The position numbers and the translations under genes are program-made. This document shows positions 19,247 through 27,879 of a DNA stretch of 64,000 nucleotides, piece by piece. Below the pieces are notes generated by a model. That model made no database searches. It saw only the letters and a program-made list of their open reading frames with translations, and was not told the origin of the DNA. Within the stretch, counting starts at the first letter, position 1. Each line of letters starts with the position of its first letter. The stretch comes from Actinomycetes bacterium (GTDB lineage Bacteria > Actinomycetota > Actinomycetes > S36-B12 > UBA5976), in assembly GCA_014190035.1 (NCBI GenBank), contig BJFU01000001.1:14135-78134 (forward strand), in the 5' to 3' direction.

Positions 19247-19275
19247 CGGGCCCCAGGAAACTGGGGCCCGTTTTT
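19247..19275 (+). terminator. rho-independent terminator with no upstream + strand gene
   Basis: CGGGCCCC-AGGAAACT-GGGGCCCG, an 8-bp GC stem, followed by TTTTT. Confidence 0.7.
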
Positions 19276-19421
19276 CATGCCAAGACCTATTTCTCGCGAT
19301 CCTTATTTCGGAACCCTTTTCTGGGGAAAAAGGCTATATATATGACCCAAGTGGTGAGCGTGAATTGTGAGGCTCATAGACTCGTGATTCGGTTATTCAA
19401 AAAGCTGACGTTAAGAGAGGT

Positions 19422-19640
19422 ATGGCAAAAGAAGGCGCCATTGAGCTTGAAGGCACCATTGCTGAAACTCTTCCCAATGCAATGTTTCGGGTAGAGCTAG
19501 ACAACGGCCATAAAGTTCTCGCACACATCAGCGGCAAAATGCGAATGCATTACATCAGAATTTTGCCTGACGATCGCGTAATCGTGGAGTTATCTCCCTA
19601 CGATTTAACACGTGGTCGGATTGTTTACCGCTACAAATAA
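19422..19640 (+). CDS. infA: translation initiation factor IF-1
   Basis: [72 protein letters not shown]. Confidence 0.98.
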   Translation: MAKEGAIELEGTIAETLPNAMFRVELDNGHKVLAHISGKMRMHYIRILPDDRVIVELSPYDLTRGRIVYRYK

Positions 19641-19663
19641 ACCAATTACGAAAAAAGGAAAGT

Positions 19664-19777
19664 ATGAAAGTACAACCAAGTGTTAAGAAGATTTGCGATA
19701 AGTGCAAAGTTATTCGCAGACACAAACGCGTAATGGTTATTTGTGAAAATCCAAGACACAAACAACGTCAAGGATAA
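19664..19777 (+). CDS. rpmJ: 50S ribosomal protein L36 (37 aa)
   Basis: Hand-translated [37 protein letters not shown]. Below the ORF-track cutoff. Confidence 0.95.
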   Translation: MKVQPSVKKICDKCKVIRRHKRVMVICENPRHKQRQG

Positions 19778-19955
19778 CTTCACAAACAATTTGTAGTAAC
19801 CATTTACGGTTATCCGTCACCTCAAATTAAATCTTGCCGATTTAAATAGAGAACGACACCTTTGGTCATCAGAAGCCAAAGACTTACCCAGGGCGGGTAA
19901 GACTGATAACACGTAACAAGACTTCTGACTTATTAGAAAAGGAAAACCGCCCAAT

Positions 19956-20333
19956 ATGGCACGTTTAGCTGGAGTTGATCTTCCTCGCGATAAGCGCGTT
20001 GAAGTTGCTCTTACTTACATTTACGGAATTGGTAAAACCCGTTCCAACCAAATGCTTGCAGCGTCAGGCGTTAATCCAAATACACGAGTAAAAGATTTAG
20101 ATGAACCATCACTAAATAAACTTCGTGAATACATTGACCAAAACTTTAAAATCGAAGGTGATCTGCGTCGTGAAGTTTCTGCAGACATCAGACGAAAAGT
20201 AGAAATTGGTTCTTACCAAGGTGTTCGTCATCGTCGTGGACTTCCAGTTCGCGGACAAAGAACACACACCAACGCTAGAACTCGTAAAGGTCCGCGCAAA
20301 ACCGTTGCCGGCAAAAAGATTGCAGTGAAGTAG
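19956..20333 (+). CDS. rpsM: 30S ribosomal protein S13
   Basis: [26 protein letters not shown]... Confidence 0.98.
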   Translation: MARLAGVDLPRDKRVEVALTYIYGIGKTRSNQMLAASGVNPNTRVKDLDEPSLNKLREYIDQNFKIEGDLRREVSADIRRKVEIGSYQGVRHRRGLPVRGQRTHTNARTRKGPRKTVAGKKIAVK

Positions 20334-20345
20334 AGGATTTGAACA

Positions 20346-20765
20346 ATGGCTGAAAAAGAAAAAGAAAAGAAAGCTAAACCTTCAGGTCCAAAGAAGGTTC
20401 GTAAGAAAGTTAAGAAGAATGTTGCCCATGGTCAAGCACACATCAAATCAACATTCAACAACACAATTGTTTCCATCACAGATTTAACTGGTGCAGTTAT
20501 TTCTTCATCTTCAAGTGGTCAAGTTGGATTTAAGGGTTCACGTAAATCAACACCATTTGCTGCTCAATTGGCTGCAGAAGATGCAGCGAAGAAAGCAATG
20601 GAACACGGACTTAAAAAAGTTGACGTGTTTGTTAAAGGCCCAGGATCAGGTCGCGAAACTGCAATCAGATCTTTACAAGCCTCTGGTCTTGAAGTTGGTC
20701 AAATTCAAGATGTCACCTCAGTTCCTTTCAACGGTGTGCGTTCCCGCAAACGCCGTCGCGTCTAA
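20346..20765 (+). CDS. rpsK: 30S ribosomal protein S11
   Basis: [18 protein letters not shown]...[13 protein letters not shown]. Confidence 0.98.
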   Translation: MAEKEKEKKAKPSGPKKVRKKVKKNVAHGQAHIKSTFNNTIVSITDLTGAVISSSSSGQVGFKGSRKSTPFAAQLAAEDAAKKAMEHGLKKVDVFVKGPGSGRETAIRSLQASGLEVGQIQDVTSVPFNGVRSRKRRRV

Positions 20766-20795
20766 CTTTTAACAAACAAGGAGAAAAGAAAACTT

Positions 20796-21422
20796 ATGGC
20801 ACGTTATACAGGGGCAGATTGCAAGAGATGCCGTCGAGAAAAAGTAAAACTTTACTTAAAAGGTTCCAAGTGTGACTCACCAAAGTGTCCAATGGAATCT
20901 CGTCCCTTCCCACCAGGACAACACGGTAGAAACCGTGGCAAGGAATCTGAATACTCATTACAGAAACGTGAAAAGCAAAAAGCTGCACGAATCTATGGAG
21001 TATTGGAAAGACAATTCCGTAACTATTACGAAGAAGCATCAAGAAGAACTGGTAAAACTGGTGAAAACCTTCTTGAAATGTTGGAACGTCGTTTAGACAA
21101 CGTCGTTTATCGCGCAGGATTTGCTAAGAGTCGTGACATGGCAAGACAAGTTGTTCGCCACGGTCACATCTTGGTTAATGGTAAGAAATTAAATATTCCT
21201 TCTTACCAAGTTTCACCAACAGACATCATCGAAGTTCGTCCCGAATCACGCGAGTTAACACCATTCGTTGTGGCACGTGCCGAATCAGGTGAAAAGCCAA
21301 TCCCAGCATGGTTAGACGTCGCACCACACACCATGCGAATTTTGGTAACCGCAACACCATTGCGATCACAAATCGACACAGCTGTTCAAGAACAGTTGAT
21401 CGTTGAGTTGTACTCCAAGTAA
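20796..21422 (+). CDS. rpsD: 30S ribosomal protein S4
   Basis: MARYTGADCKRCRREKVKLYLKGSKC..., with an S4 RNA-binding domain. Confidence 0.98.
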   Translation: MARYTGADCKRCRREKVKLYLKGSKCDSPKCPMESRPFPPGQHGRNRGKESEYSLQKREKQKAARIYGVLERQFRNYYEEASRRTGKTGENLLEMLERRLDNVVYRAGFAKSRDMARQVVRHGHILVNGKKLNIPSYQVSPTDIIEVRPESRELTPFVVARAESGEKPIPAWLDVAPHTMRILVTATPLRSQIDTAVQEQLIVELYSK

Positions 21423-21477
21423 TAAAGCAATTCCCCAACTAAGTCATCAAATATAGGTTGACTGAGAGGCAGTAAAA

Positions 21478-22494
21478 ATGTTAATCGCACAACGCCCGAT
21501 CTTGGTTGAAGAACCAATTTCAGATACACGCGCAAGATATATTCTCGAGCCATTGGAACCAGGTTTTGGTTACACACTCGGAAACTCACTTCGTCGCACA
21601 CTTTTGTCTTCAATCCCAGGAGCTGCTGTAACAAGCATCCGCATTGAAGGTGCCTTGCACGAATTCACCACCCTTGAAGGTGTGGCAGAAGACGTAACAG
21701 AAATCGTCTTAAACGTTAAAGAACTAGTTGTCTCATCAGATAACGATGAACCAACAGTTATGTACTTGAAGAAATCTGGCCCAGGAGCAGTTACTGCAGC
21801 CGATATCACCGCTCCAGCAGGAGTTGAAGTACACAATCCAAAACTTCACATTGCCACTCTTAACGGAAAAGGCAAGATTGAAATGGAATTAGTCGTGGAA
21901 CGCGGTCGTGGCTATGTCACAGCTGTGCAAAACAAAGTAACTGGCGCAGAAATTGGTCGCATCCCAGTTGATTCTATTTATTCTCCAGTTACCAAAGTAA
22001 CTTACAAAGTTGAAGCAACACGTGTTGAACAACGAACAGACTTTGATCGTTTGATCATCGATGTTGAGACAAAGCCATCAATGAGACCAGCAGATGCAGT
22101 TGCATCAGCAGGTAGAACATTGGTTGAACTATTCGGTTTGGCACACGAATTAAACGTCAACGCAGAAGGTATTGAAATTGGGCCATCCCCAATTGATGCT
22201 TATGCATTAGAACAACTAAATATGCCAATCGAACAACTTGACTTGACTGTTCGTTCATACAACTGTCTAAAGCGCGAAGGCGTACACACAGTTGGTGAAT
22301 TGATCACTAGAAGTGAAGCAGATTTGATGGATGTTCGTAACTTTGGTCAAAAATCTATTGATGAAGTTCATGCCAAGTTAGTAATGCTTGGTTTGAAACT
22401 CAAGGATTCACCAGCAGGTTATGACAGAACAAAAGCTGCCGGCTACATCGACGAATCAGAAGATGATGTCGTTGCTGAAGACGAAAAGTTTTAA
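21478..22494 (+). CDS. rpoA: DNA-directed RNA polymerase subunit alpha
   Basis: [24 protein letters not shown], and a C-terminal-domain motif ([16 protein letters not shown]). Confidence 0.98.
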   Translation: MLIAQRPILVEEPISDTRARYILEPLEPGFGYTLGNSLRRTLLSSIPGAAVTSIRIEGALHEFTTLEGVAEDVTEIVLNVKELVVSSDNDEPTVMYLKKSGPGAVTAADITAPAGVEVHNPKLHIATLNGKGKIEMELVVERGRGYVTAVQNKVTGAEIGRIPVDSIYSPVTKVTYKVEATRVEQRTDFDRLIIDVETKPSMRPADAVASAGRTLVELFGLAHELNVNAEGIEIGPSPIDAYALEQLNMPIEQLDLTVRSYNCLKREGVHTVGELITRSEADLMDVRNFGQKSIDEVHAKLVMLGLKLKDSPAGYDRTKAAGYIDESEDDVVAEDEKF

Positions 22495-22527
22495 GAACCC
22501 GCTGAAGAAAAACAAGTAGGAGATAAA

Positions 22528-23007
22528 ATGGCATCACCAACCCAAGGTACCCGTCTTGGTGGTTCTGCATCCCATCAAAAATTGATTCTTGCTAACTTAG
22601 CAACTTCACTTTTCGAAAAAGGCAAAATCACAACCACTGAAGCAAAAGCAAGAAAGCTTCGTCCCTTTGCTGAAAGATTAATTACTTTCGCAAAAAGAGG
22701 CGACCTTTCTTCACGCCGACGTGTAATGGGAATCATTAGAGATAAATCTGTGGTTCATTCTTTGTTCACCGAAATTGGTCCAAGCTTTGCTAAAAGAGAA
22801 GGTGGCTACACCCGTATCACCAAACTTGGTACCAGAAAAGGCGACAACGCATCAATGGCAGTAATTGAATTAGTTGAAGCTTTGGCACAAAAAGTTGTGG
22901 CTGAAGCAGAAGGTGCAACTAAAAGAGCTGTGAAAGAAGAAGCAGCAGCACCGGCTAAAAAAGCAGCTAAGAAAACTGCAGCGAAAAAAGAAACTAAGGA
23001 CGCTTAA
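22528..23007 (+). CDS. rplQ: 50S ribosomal protein L17 with Ala/Lys-rich tail
   Basis: [45 protein letters not shown]... Confidence 0.97.
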   Translation: MASPTQGTRLGGSASHQKLILANLATSLFEKGKITTTEAKARKLRPFAERLITFAKRGDLSSRRRVMGIIRDKSVVHSLFTEIGPSFAKREGGYTRITKLGTRKGDNASMAVIELVEALAQKVVAEAEGATKRAVKEEAAAPAKKAAKKTAAKKETKDA

Positions 23008-23058
23008 ATAGTTACTAAAAGAAAAATTAACGAGCCCGCTTCCAAAAGAGGTGGGCTC

Positions 23059-23862
23059 GTTCGCATTCGACTAGATATTGCTTATGACGGAACAAACTTT
23101 TCAGGTTTTGGAATTCAACCTCAAACGCGAACTGTGCAAGGAGAATTAAATAAATCGTTAAAGAAGTTCCTAAGTTTAGATAAAGTTAAAACAGTTGGTG
23201 CCGGCAGAACTGATGCTGGGGTTCATGCTCGCGGTCAAGTTGTGCACTTTGATGTTGATGAAAATTTATGGTCAAAAATAAAAGATCCGATGTATAAATT
23301 TAGAAGAATTTTGCCTAACGATATTCAGGTTCGAAAGGTTTCAATTGCTCACCCAGATTTTGATGCTCGATATTCGGCATTGACTAGAAGATATTCCTAC
23401 ACAATTTCTGATGCCCAAGATGGTGTTGATCCACTTAACTCTCGATACGTTTTAGATTATCGAAAAAAACTAGACCATCATGCAATGAATAAAGCCAGCA
23501 AAGAATTAATTGGTTTAAATGACTTTTATGCTTTTTGTAAATCACGCGAGGGTTCCACCACTATAAGAAACCTGATTAAATTTAATTGGACCAGAAAAAG
23601 TGATTATGTAATATGTGAAGTAATTGCAGATGCTTTTTGTTACTCCATGGTCAGAGGTTTGGTTGCCTCCATTATTCAAGTAGGAGATGGCAAAAGAGCT
23701 GAGTCTTGGCCCAAAGAAATTATGCAAAAGCGAAAGAAAATAACTGATCTAAACGTAGTTCCAGCAAATGCTTTAGTGCTAGAAGAAGTGACATATCCTC
23801 ACCCTTCAAAGCTAAAAGAGCAGTATGAAATCACAAGAAGACTGCGCAAACTCGAGGAGTAG
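23059..23862 (+). CDS. truA: tRNA pseudouridine(38-40) synthase; start codon unresolved
   Basis: The GRTDAGVHA catalytic motif lies inside the track ORF (GTG 23134). The conserved N-terminus (V)RIRLDIAYDGTNFSGFGIQPQ continues in frame upstream to 23059, where the codon is GTT. No ATG, GTG or TTG exists in frame between 23008 and 23133. Confidence 0.8.
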   Translation, partial: VRIRLDIAYDGTNFSGFGIQPQTRTVQGELNKSLKKFLSLDKVKTVGAGRTDAGVHARGQVVHFDVDENLWSKIKDPMYKFRRILPNDIQVRKVSIAHPDFDARYSALTRRYSYTISDAQDGVDPLNSRYVLDYRKKLDHHAMNKASKELIGLNDFYAFCKSREGSTTIRNLIKFNWTRKSDYVICEVIADAFCYSMVRGLVASIIQVGDGKRAESWPKEIMQKRKKITDLNVVPANALVLEEVTYPHPSKLKEQYEITRRLRKLEE

Positions 23863-23927
23863 TAAGTAAAACCTGATGTGTAGAGTTGGCTCTAAATTAA
23901 GACAAAATTAAGAAGAGAGATACTTAA

Positions 23928-24761
23928 ATGAACTCCACCAAAGTTTGGTTAAACGATGAGTTGGTGGATGCCGATAAGGCAATGGTAAGTATTTTTGACC
24001 ACGGATTCACAGTCGGTGATGGCGCTTTTGAAACTTTGAAAGTCGTTAATGGTCAACCAGTTGCAATTACTCGCCACATCAAAAGATTAATTCACTCACT
24101 TAACACTATTGGAATTGAATTAAACAGCGAAGATATTTTAAGAAAGGCAGTTAATGAAGTAATTCTTGCCAATAAATCACTTGGTGATGTCATGAGAATG
24201 AGAATTACTTACACCAGTGGTGTTGGCCCTCTTGGCTCTGATCGCACCAAAGATAATTTCACTCTTGTGGTGGCAGTTAGTCCAGAATCTGTTTGGCCTG
24301 AGACTGCAATTGTTGCAACCGTAACTGACCCTCGAAATGATAAGTCAATGTTGGCTGGATCAAAAACAACTTCTTATGCACAAAATGCAGCTTTACTTTC
24401 AGTTGCTCGAAAACTTGGTGCACACGAAGCGATCATGCCTAACACCAAAGGTGAATTGTGTGAAGGAACAGGCTCAAATATTTTTGTGGTCAAAGATGGT
24501 CAAGTAATGACTCCACCATTAAGTGGTGGTTGTCTAGGTGGAATAACTAGAGCTTTAGTTATTAAATGGTTTGATGTCAAAGAAGTAGATTTACCAATGT
24601 CAGTGCTTCGTGATGTTGATGAAGCATTCTTAACTTCTTCCACCAGAGATATTCAACCAATTTCTAAAATTGATGATCGCCTGCTTAATGCTCCTGGACC
24701 AGTTGCCTCGAAGATGCGTCAAGAATTCATCGCAAAACTAGCCCAAAATTATGATGCTTAA
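23928..24761 (+). CDS. class IV aminotransferase (aminodeoxychorismate lyase / branched-chain aminotransferase-like)
   Basis: Fold-type IV profile (VSIFDHGFTVGDGAFETLKV, GSKTTSY, EGTGSNIF). Confidence 0.75.
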   Translation: MNSTKVWLNDELVDADKAMVSIFDHGFTVGDGAFETLKVVNGQPVAITRHIKRLIHSLNTIGIELNSEDILRKAVNEVILANKSLGDVMRMRITYTSGVGPLGSDRTKDNFTLVVAVSPESVWPETAIVATVTDPRNDKSMLAGSKTTSYAQNAALLSVARKLGAHEAIMPNTKGELCEGTGSNIFVVKDGQVMTPPLSGGCLGGITRALVIKWFDVKEVDLPMSVLRDVDEAFLTSSTRDIQPISKIDDRLLNAPGPVASKMRQEFIAKLAQNYDA

Positions 24762-24886
24762 AGGCCAATTTCCCTCACAAATTTAGGCAATACCCTCGAT
24801 GCCACGAAGCCAATAAGGGTTGGGTAATCTAGGACTTCGAGCAAGTTGAGAAACAAAAGCCCCAAAAGAGAAAAGAAAAGAAAACT

Positions 24887-25339
24887 GTGCGTACTTTCAG
24901 TCCCAAGGCCACCGAGGTAACTCGTGCTTGGCACGTTATTGATGCAAATGACATTCCATTAGGACGTATTGCATCAGCGGCAGCAACTATTCTTCGCGGT
25001 AAACACAAAGCAATTTTTGCACCACATGTTGACACTGGCGATTTCGTAATCGTTATCAACGCAGGCAAGGTTGCTCTTTCAGGATCAAAGCGCCAACAAA
25101 AGAAAGCATTCACCTACTCTGGTTTCCCAGGTGGATTGACCGCAATTGGTTATGACAAATTATTAGAAACAAACCCACAACGTGCAATTGAAATTGCAGT
25201 TAAAGGAATGCTTCCACACAACAAACTTGGACGTCAATTAATTAAGAAACTAAAAGTTTATGCAGATGCAAATCATCCACACGTTGCACAAGATCCAAAG
25301 CCATATGAAATCAAACAAATCAAGCAGATTGCAAACTAA
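24887..25339 (+). CDS. rplM: 50S ribosomal protein L13
   Basis: [20 protein letters not shown]...; GTG start. Confidence 0.97.
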   Translation: MRTFSPKATEVTRAWHVIDANDIPLGRIASAAATILRGKHKAIFAPHVDTGDFVIVINAGKVALSGSKRQQKKAFTYSGFPGGLTAIGYDKLLETNPQRAIEIAVKGMLPHNKLGRQLIKKLKVYADANHPHVAQDPKPYEIKQIKQIAN

Positions 25340-25351
25340 GAGGAAAATACC

Positions 25352-25810
25352 TTGAGCGAATCAGAAAACTACGTAACCAGCGAATCATCAAAATCTTTTG
25401 CGCCACTTAAAACTGGTGTGCAAGCACCAAGTGCAGGAACTGGTCGAAGAAAAGAAGCTATTGCTCGCGTTCGTATCGTTCCAGGTAATGGCAAGTTTGT
25501 GGTTAATGGTAAAGAATTAGCAGTTTATTTCCCAAACAAATTGCACCAACAATTAGTAAATGATCCTTTTAAAGTTTTAGGTATTGAAAAGAACTACGAC
25601 GTTATTGCTCACATTGTGGGTGGTGGTTCAAGTGGTCAAGCAGGTGCCCTTCGTTTAGGAATTGCTAGAGCATTAAACGCAGTTGATAGAGATATCAACC
25701 GTCCAATTTTGAAAAAAGCAGGATTCTTAACTCGCGATCCAAGAGTTATCGAACGTAAGAAAGCTGGCTTGAAGAAAGCTCGTAAGCGTTCTCAATACAG
25801 CAAGAGATAA
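25352..25810 (+). CDS. rpsI: 30S ribosomal protein S9
   Basis: [17 protein letters not shown]...[19 protein letters not shown]...[18 protein letters not shown]; TTG start. Confidence 0.97.
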   Translation: MSESENYVTSESSKSFAPLKTGVQAPSAGTGRRKEAIARVRIVPGNGKFVVNGKELAVYFPNKLHQQLVNDPFKVLGIEKNYDVIAHIVGGGSSGQAGALRLGIARALNAVDRDINRPILKKAGFLTRDPRVIERKKAGLKKARKRSQYSKR

Positions 25811-25814
25811 TTAC

Positions 25815-27149
25815 ATGGGCCGATTATTCGGCACCGATGGTGTGCGAGGCAGTGCCAACAAAGATCTCACTCCTGAATTAGTTTTTTCCCTTGGTAAATC
25901 TGCTTCATTAGTTATTGCTCAACGTCATGGCAAAGGTAAAGCCAAAGCAGTTGTGGGCAGAGATCCTCGAGCATCTGGTGAAATGTTAGAAGCGGCATTA
26001 ATTGCAGGACTTGCAACAGTTGGTGTTGATGTATTAAAAGTTGGAGTATTACCAACTCCAGCAATTGCATATTTAACAAAATATTATGGTGCTGATTTAG
26101 GTGTAGTTTTATCTGCTTCCCATAACGTATTTTCTGATAACGGTGTCAAATTCTTTTCTAAAGATGGTAAAAAATTACCTGATGAAGTTGAAGATGAAAT
26201 TGAAAAAAACTTAGAAACTAAAGTTCCACATCCAACGGGCAGTGATGTAGGTCGAGTAAAAGAAATGGCTGATGCCTACGAAGCATATTTAGCTCACCTT
26301 TTAGAAACAATAAATACTGGTGCTTTAAAAGGTTTAAAAATTGCAGTTGATTGCGCTAATGGTGCTGCAAGTGAAGTTGCTCCAGATCTTTATTCCAGAG
26401 CAGGAGCCGAAGTTATTGCAATACATAATGCACCTAATGGAATCAACATCAATGATAATTGTGGATCAACACATTTAGAATCATTAATTGAAACAGTCAA
26501 GAAAAATAATTGTGACTTAGGAATTGCCCATGATGGCGATGCTGATCGATGTTTAGCAATTGATGCGCAAGGAAACGTGATTGATGGCGATCATATTTTG
26601 GCTTTGTTAGCTCACGACTTTAAACAAACCGGAAAACTATCTTCTGACACTGTTGTTTCTACTGTGATGGCAAATCTAGGTTTTAAAATTGCAATGAAAT
26701 CAGCCTCAATCAATGTGATTGAAACAGGTGTTGGCGATAGATATGTTCTAGAAGCAATGGAAGAAAAGAACTATGTATTAGGTGGAGAACAATCAGGCCA
26801 CATCATCATGAGAAATCATTCAACAACAGGCGATGGATTATTAACAGCACTTCATTTAATGAACGCAGTCGCTACCACTAAGAAATCATTACAAGAATTA
26901 GCAGGAATAGTTAAGAAATTTCCTCAAATATTAATCAATATTCCTGATGTAGATAAAGCAAAAATTGATAATAATGAGTTAAAAGATGCTGTGAAGAAAT
27001 CTGAAACTACATTGGGTGATAAAGGCAGAGTCCTTCTTCGTTCAAGTGGAACCGAGCCATTAATTCGAGTAATGGTTGAGGCAGAAACTATGAAACAAGC
27101 TCAAGAAATAGCAGAAACATTAGCAAGTGTTGTTAAGAAAACCTGCTAG
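25815..27149 (+). CDS. glmM: phosphoglucosamine mutase
   Basis: MGRLFGTDGVRG and the active-site segment SASHN. Confidence 0.95.
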   Translation: MGRLFGTDGVRGSANKDLTPELVFSLGKSASLVIAQRHGKGKAKAVVGRDPRASGEMLEAALIAGLATVGVDVLKVGVLPTPAIAYLTKYYGADLGVVLSASHNVFSDNGVKFFSKDGKKLPDEVEDEIEKNLETKVPHPTGSDVGRVKEMADAYEAYLAHLLETINTGALKGLKIAVDCANGAASEVAPDLYSRAGAEVIAIHNAPNGININDNCGSTHLESLIETVKKNNCDLGIAHDGDADRCLAIDAQGNVIDGDHILALLAHDFKQTGKLSSDTVVSTVMANLGFKIAMKSASINVIETGVGDRYVLEAMEEKNYVLGGEQSGHIIMRNHSTTGDGLLTALHLMNAVATTKKSLQELAGIVKKFPQILINIPDVDKAKIDNNELKDAVKKSETTLGDKGRVLLRSSGTEPLIRVMVEAETMKQAQEIAETLASVVKKTC

Positions 27150-27832
27150 TTCTTAACTATTACATCTAGAAACCAACTCTTTTTTCCTTCAGGTTTTACT
27201 AATTCACACTTAAATTCTTTGGCAACAAGCTTTTGTAATTCTTGAGCAGTCTTTGGGCTCTTTGGCTGCATTACTAGAAACTTTGCCACATCTCCTCTTG
27301 TCTTTTTGGACATATGGGTGACAACAGATCTCTTGCCATTTTTTTCAGTGAACACTCTGATTCCTACAGTTTTATTTAAATCAGGAGTCCAAACACCTTG
27401 ATAGGTAGATGAGCGACAATCAATAATTAAATCTGTTTTTATTGATTCCATTGCCTTAGTAACAACTGGTTTCCACAAAGCATTTAAGGAACCTAATTTT
27501 GGTAATGATTTAGCCATATCTAGTTTGTAAGTTGGAATTGAATCAGTTAATTTAAGAGCGCCAAATAGAGCTGAGATTATTACAATTGATTTCTCAGCAC
27601 GTTTCTTTGCTGCTGCATTTAAGTTTTGATAATCAAGTGCTTGATATAAAACTCCAGAATAAACATCAATTGCTTTTGCACTTGGTCCATTAGCAATTTT
27701 CGAACTAATTGCTGCAAGAGTTTTCTTTCTTGTCGGGTTTAAATCCTTGCCGAAAGAAAGTGAGGTTAGCGATACCGGTTTGCCTTTTTGCACAGAGTTC
27801 TTGCCTTCGCTGGGTGGCAAGAGGATGAGCAT
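27146..27832 (-). CDS. yaaA: YaaA family (DUF328) peroxide stress protein
   Basis: MLILLPPSEGK N-terminus and the DUF328 profile. Confidence 0.8.
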   Translation of the reverse strand: MLILLPPSEGKNSVQKGKPVSLTSLSFGKDLNPTRKKTLAAISSKIANGPSAKAIDVYSGVLYQALDYQNLNAAAKKRAEKSIVIISALFGALKLTDSIPTYKLDMAKSLPKLGSLNALWKPVVTKAMESIKTDLIIDCRSSTYQGVWTPDLNKTVGIRVFTEKNGKRSVVTHMSKKTRGDVAKFLVMQPKSPKTAQELQKLVAKEFKCELVKPEGKKSWFLDVIVKN

Positions 27833-27879
27833 AAGTTGAACACTACGCCAGATTCTCTTTCGCGTAGGCTGTTAACACA

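Noticed and set aside
23005-23062. An L17-TruA fusion protein made by readthrough of the rplQ TAA
   Set aside because: The two genes are in frame, but TAA is the most efficient stop codon. A good Shine-Dalgarno sits 5 nt before the conserved TruA N-terminus, so separate initiation is far more likely.
24762-24886. A structured L13 (rplM) leader
   Set aside because: Some short complementary segments exist (ACCCT/AGGGT, CTCGA/TCGAG), but nothing extended or distinctive. I cannot support a call without covariation data.
27833-27879. Possible glmS ribozyme upstream of glmS
   Set aside because: The upstream spacer is only 47 nt, far too short for the roughly 170-nt ribozyme, and it is shared with the divergent yaaA gene.
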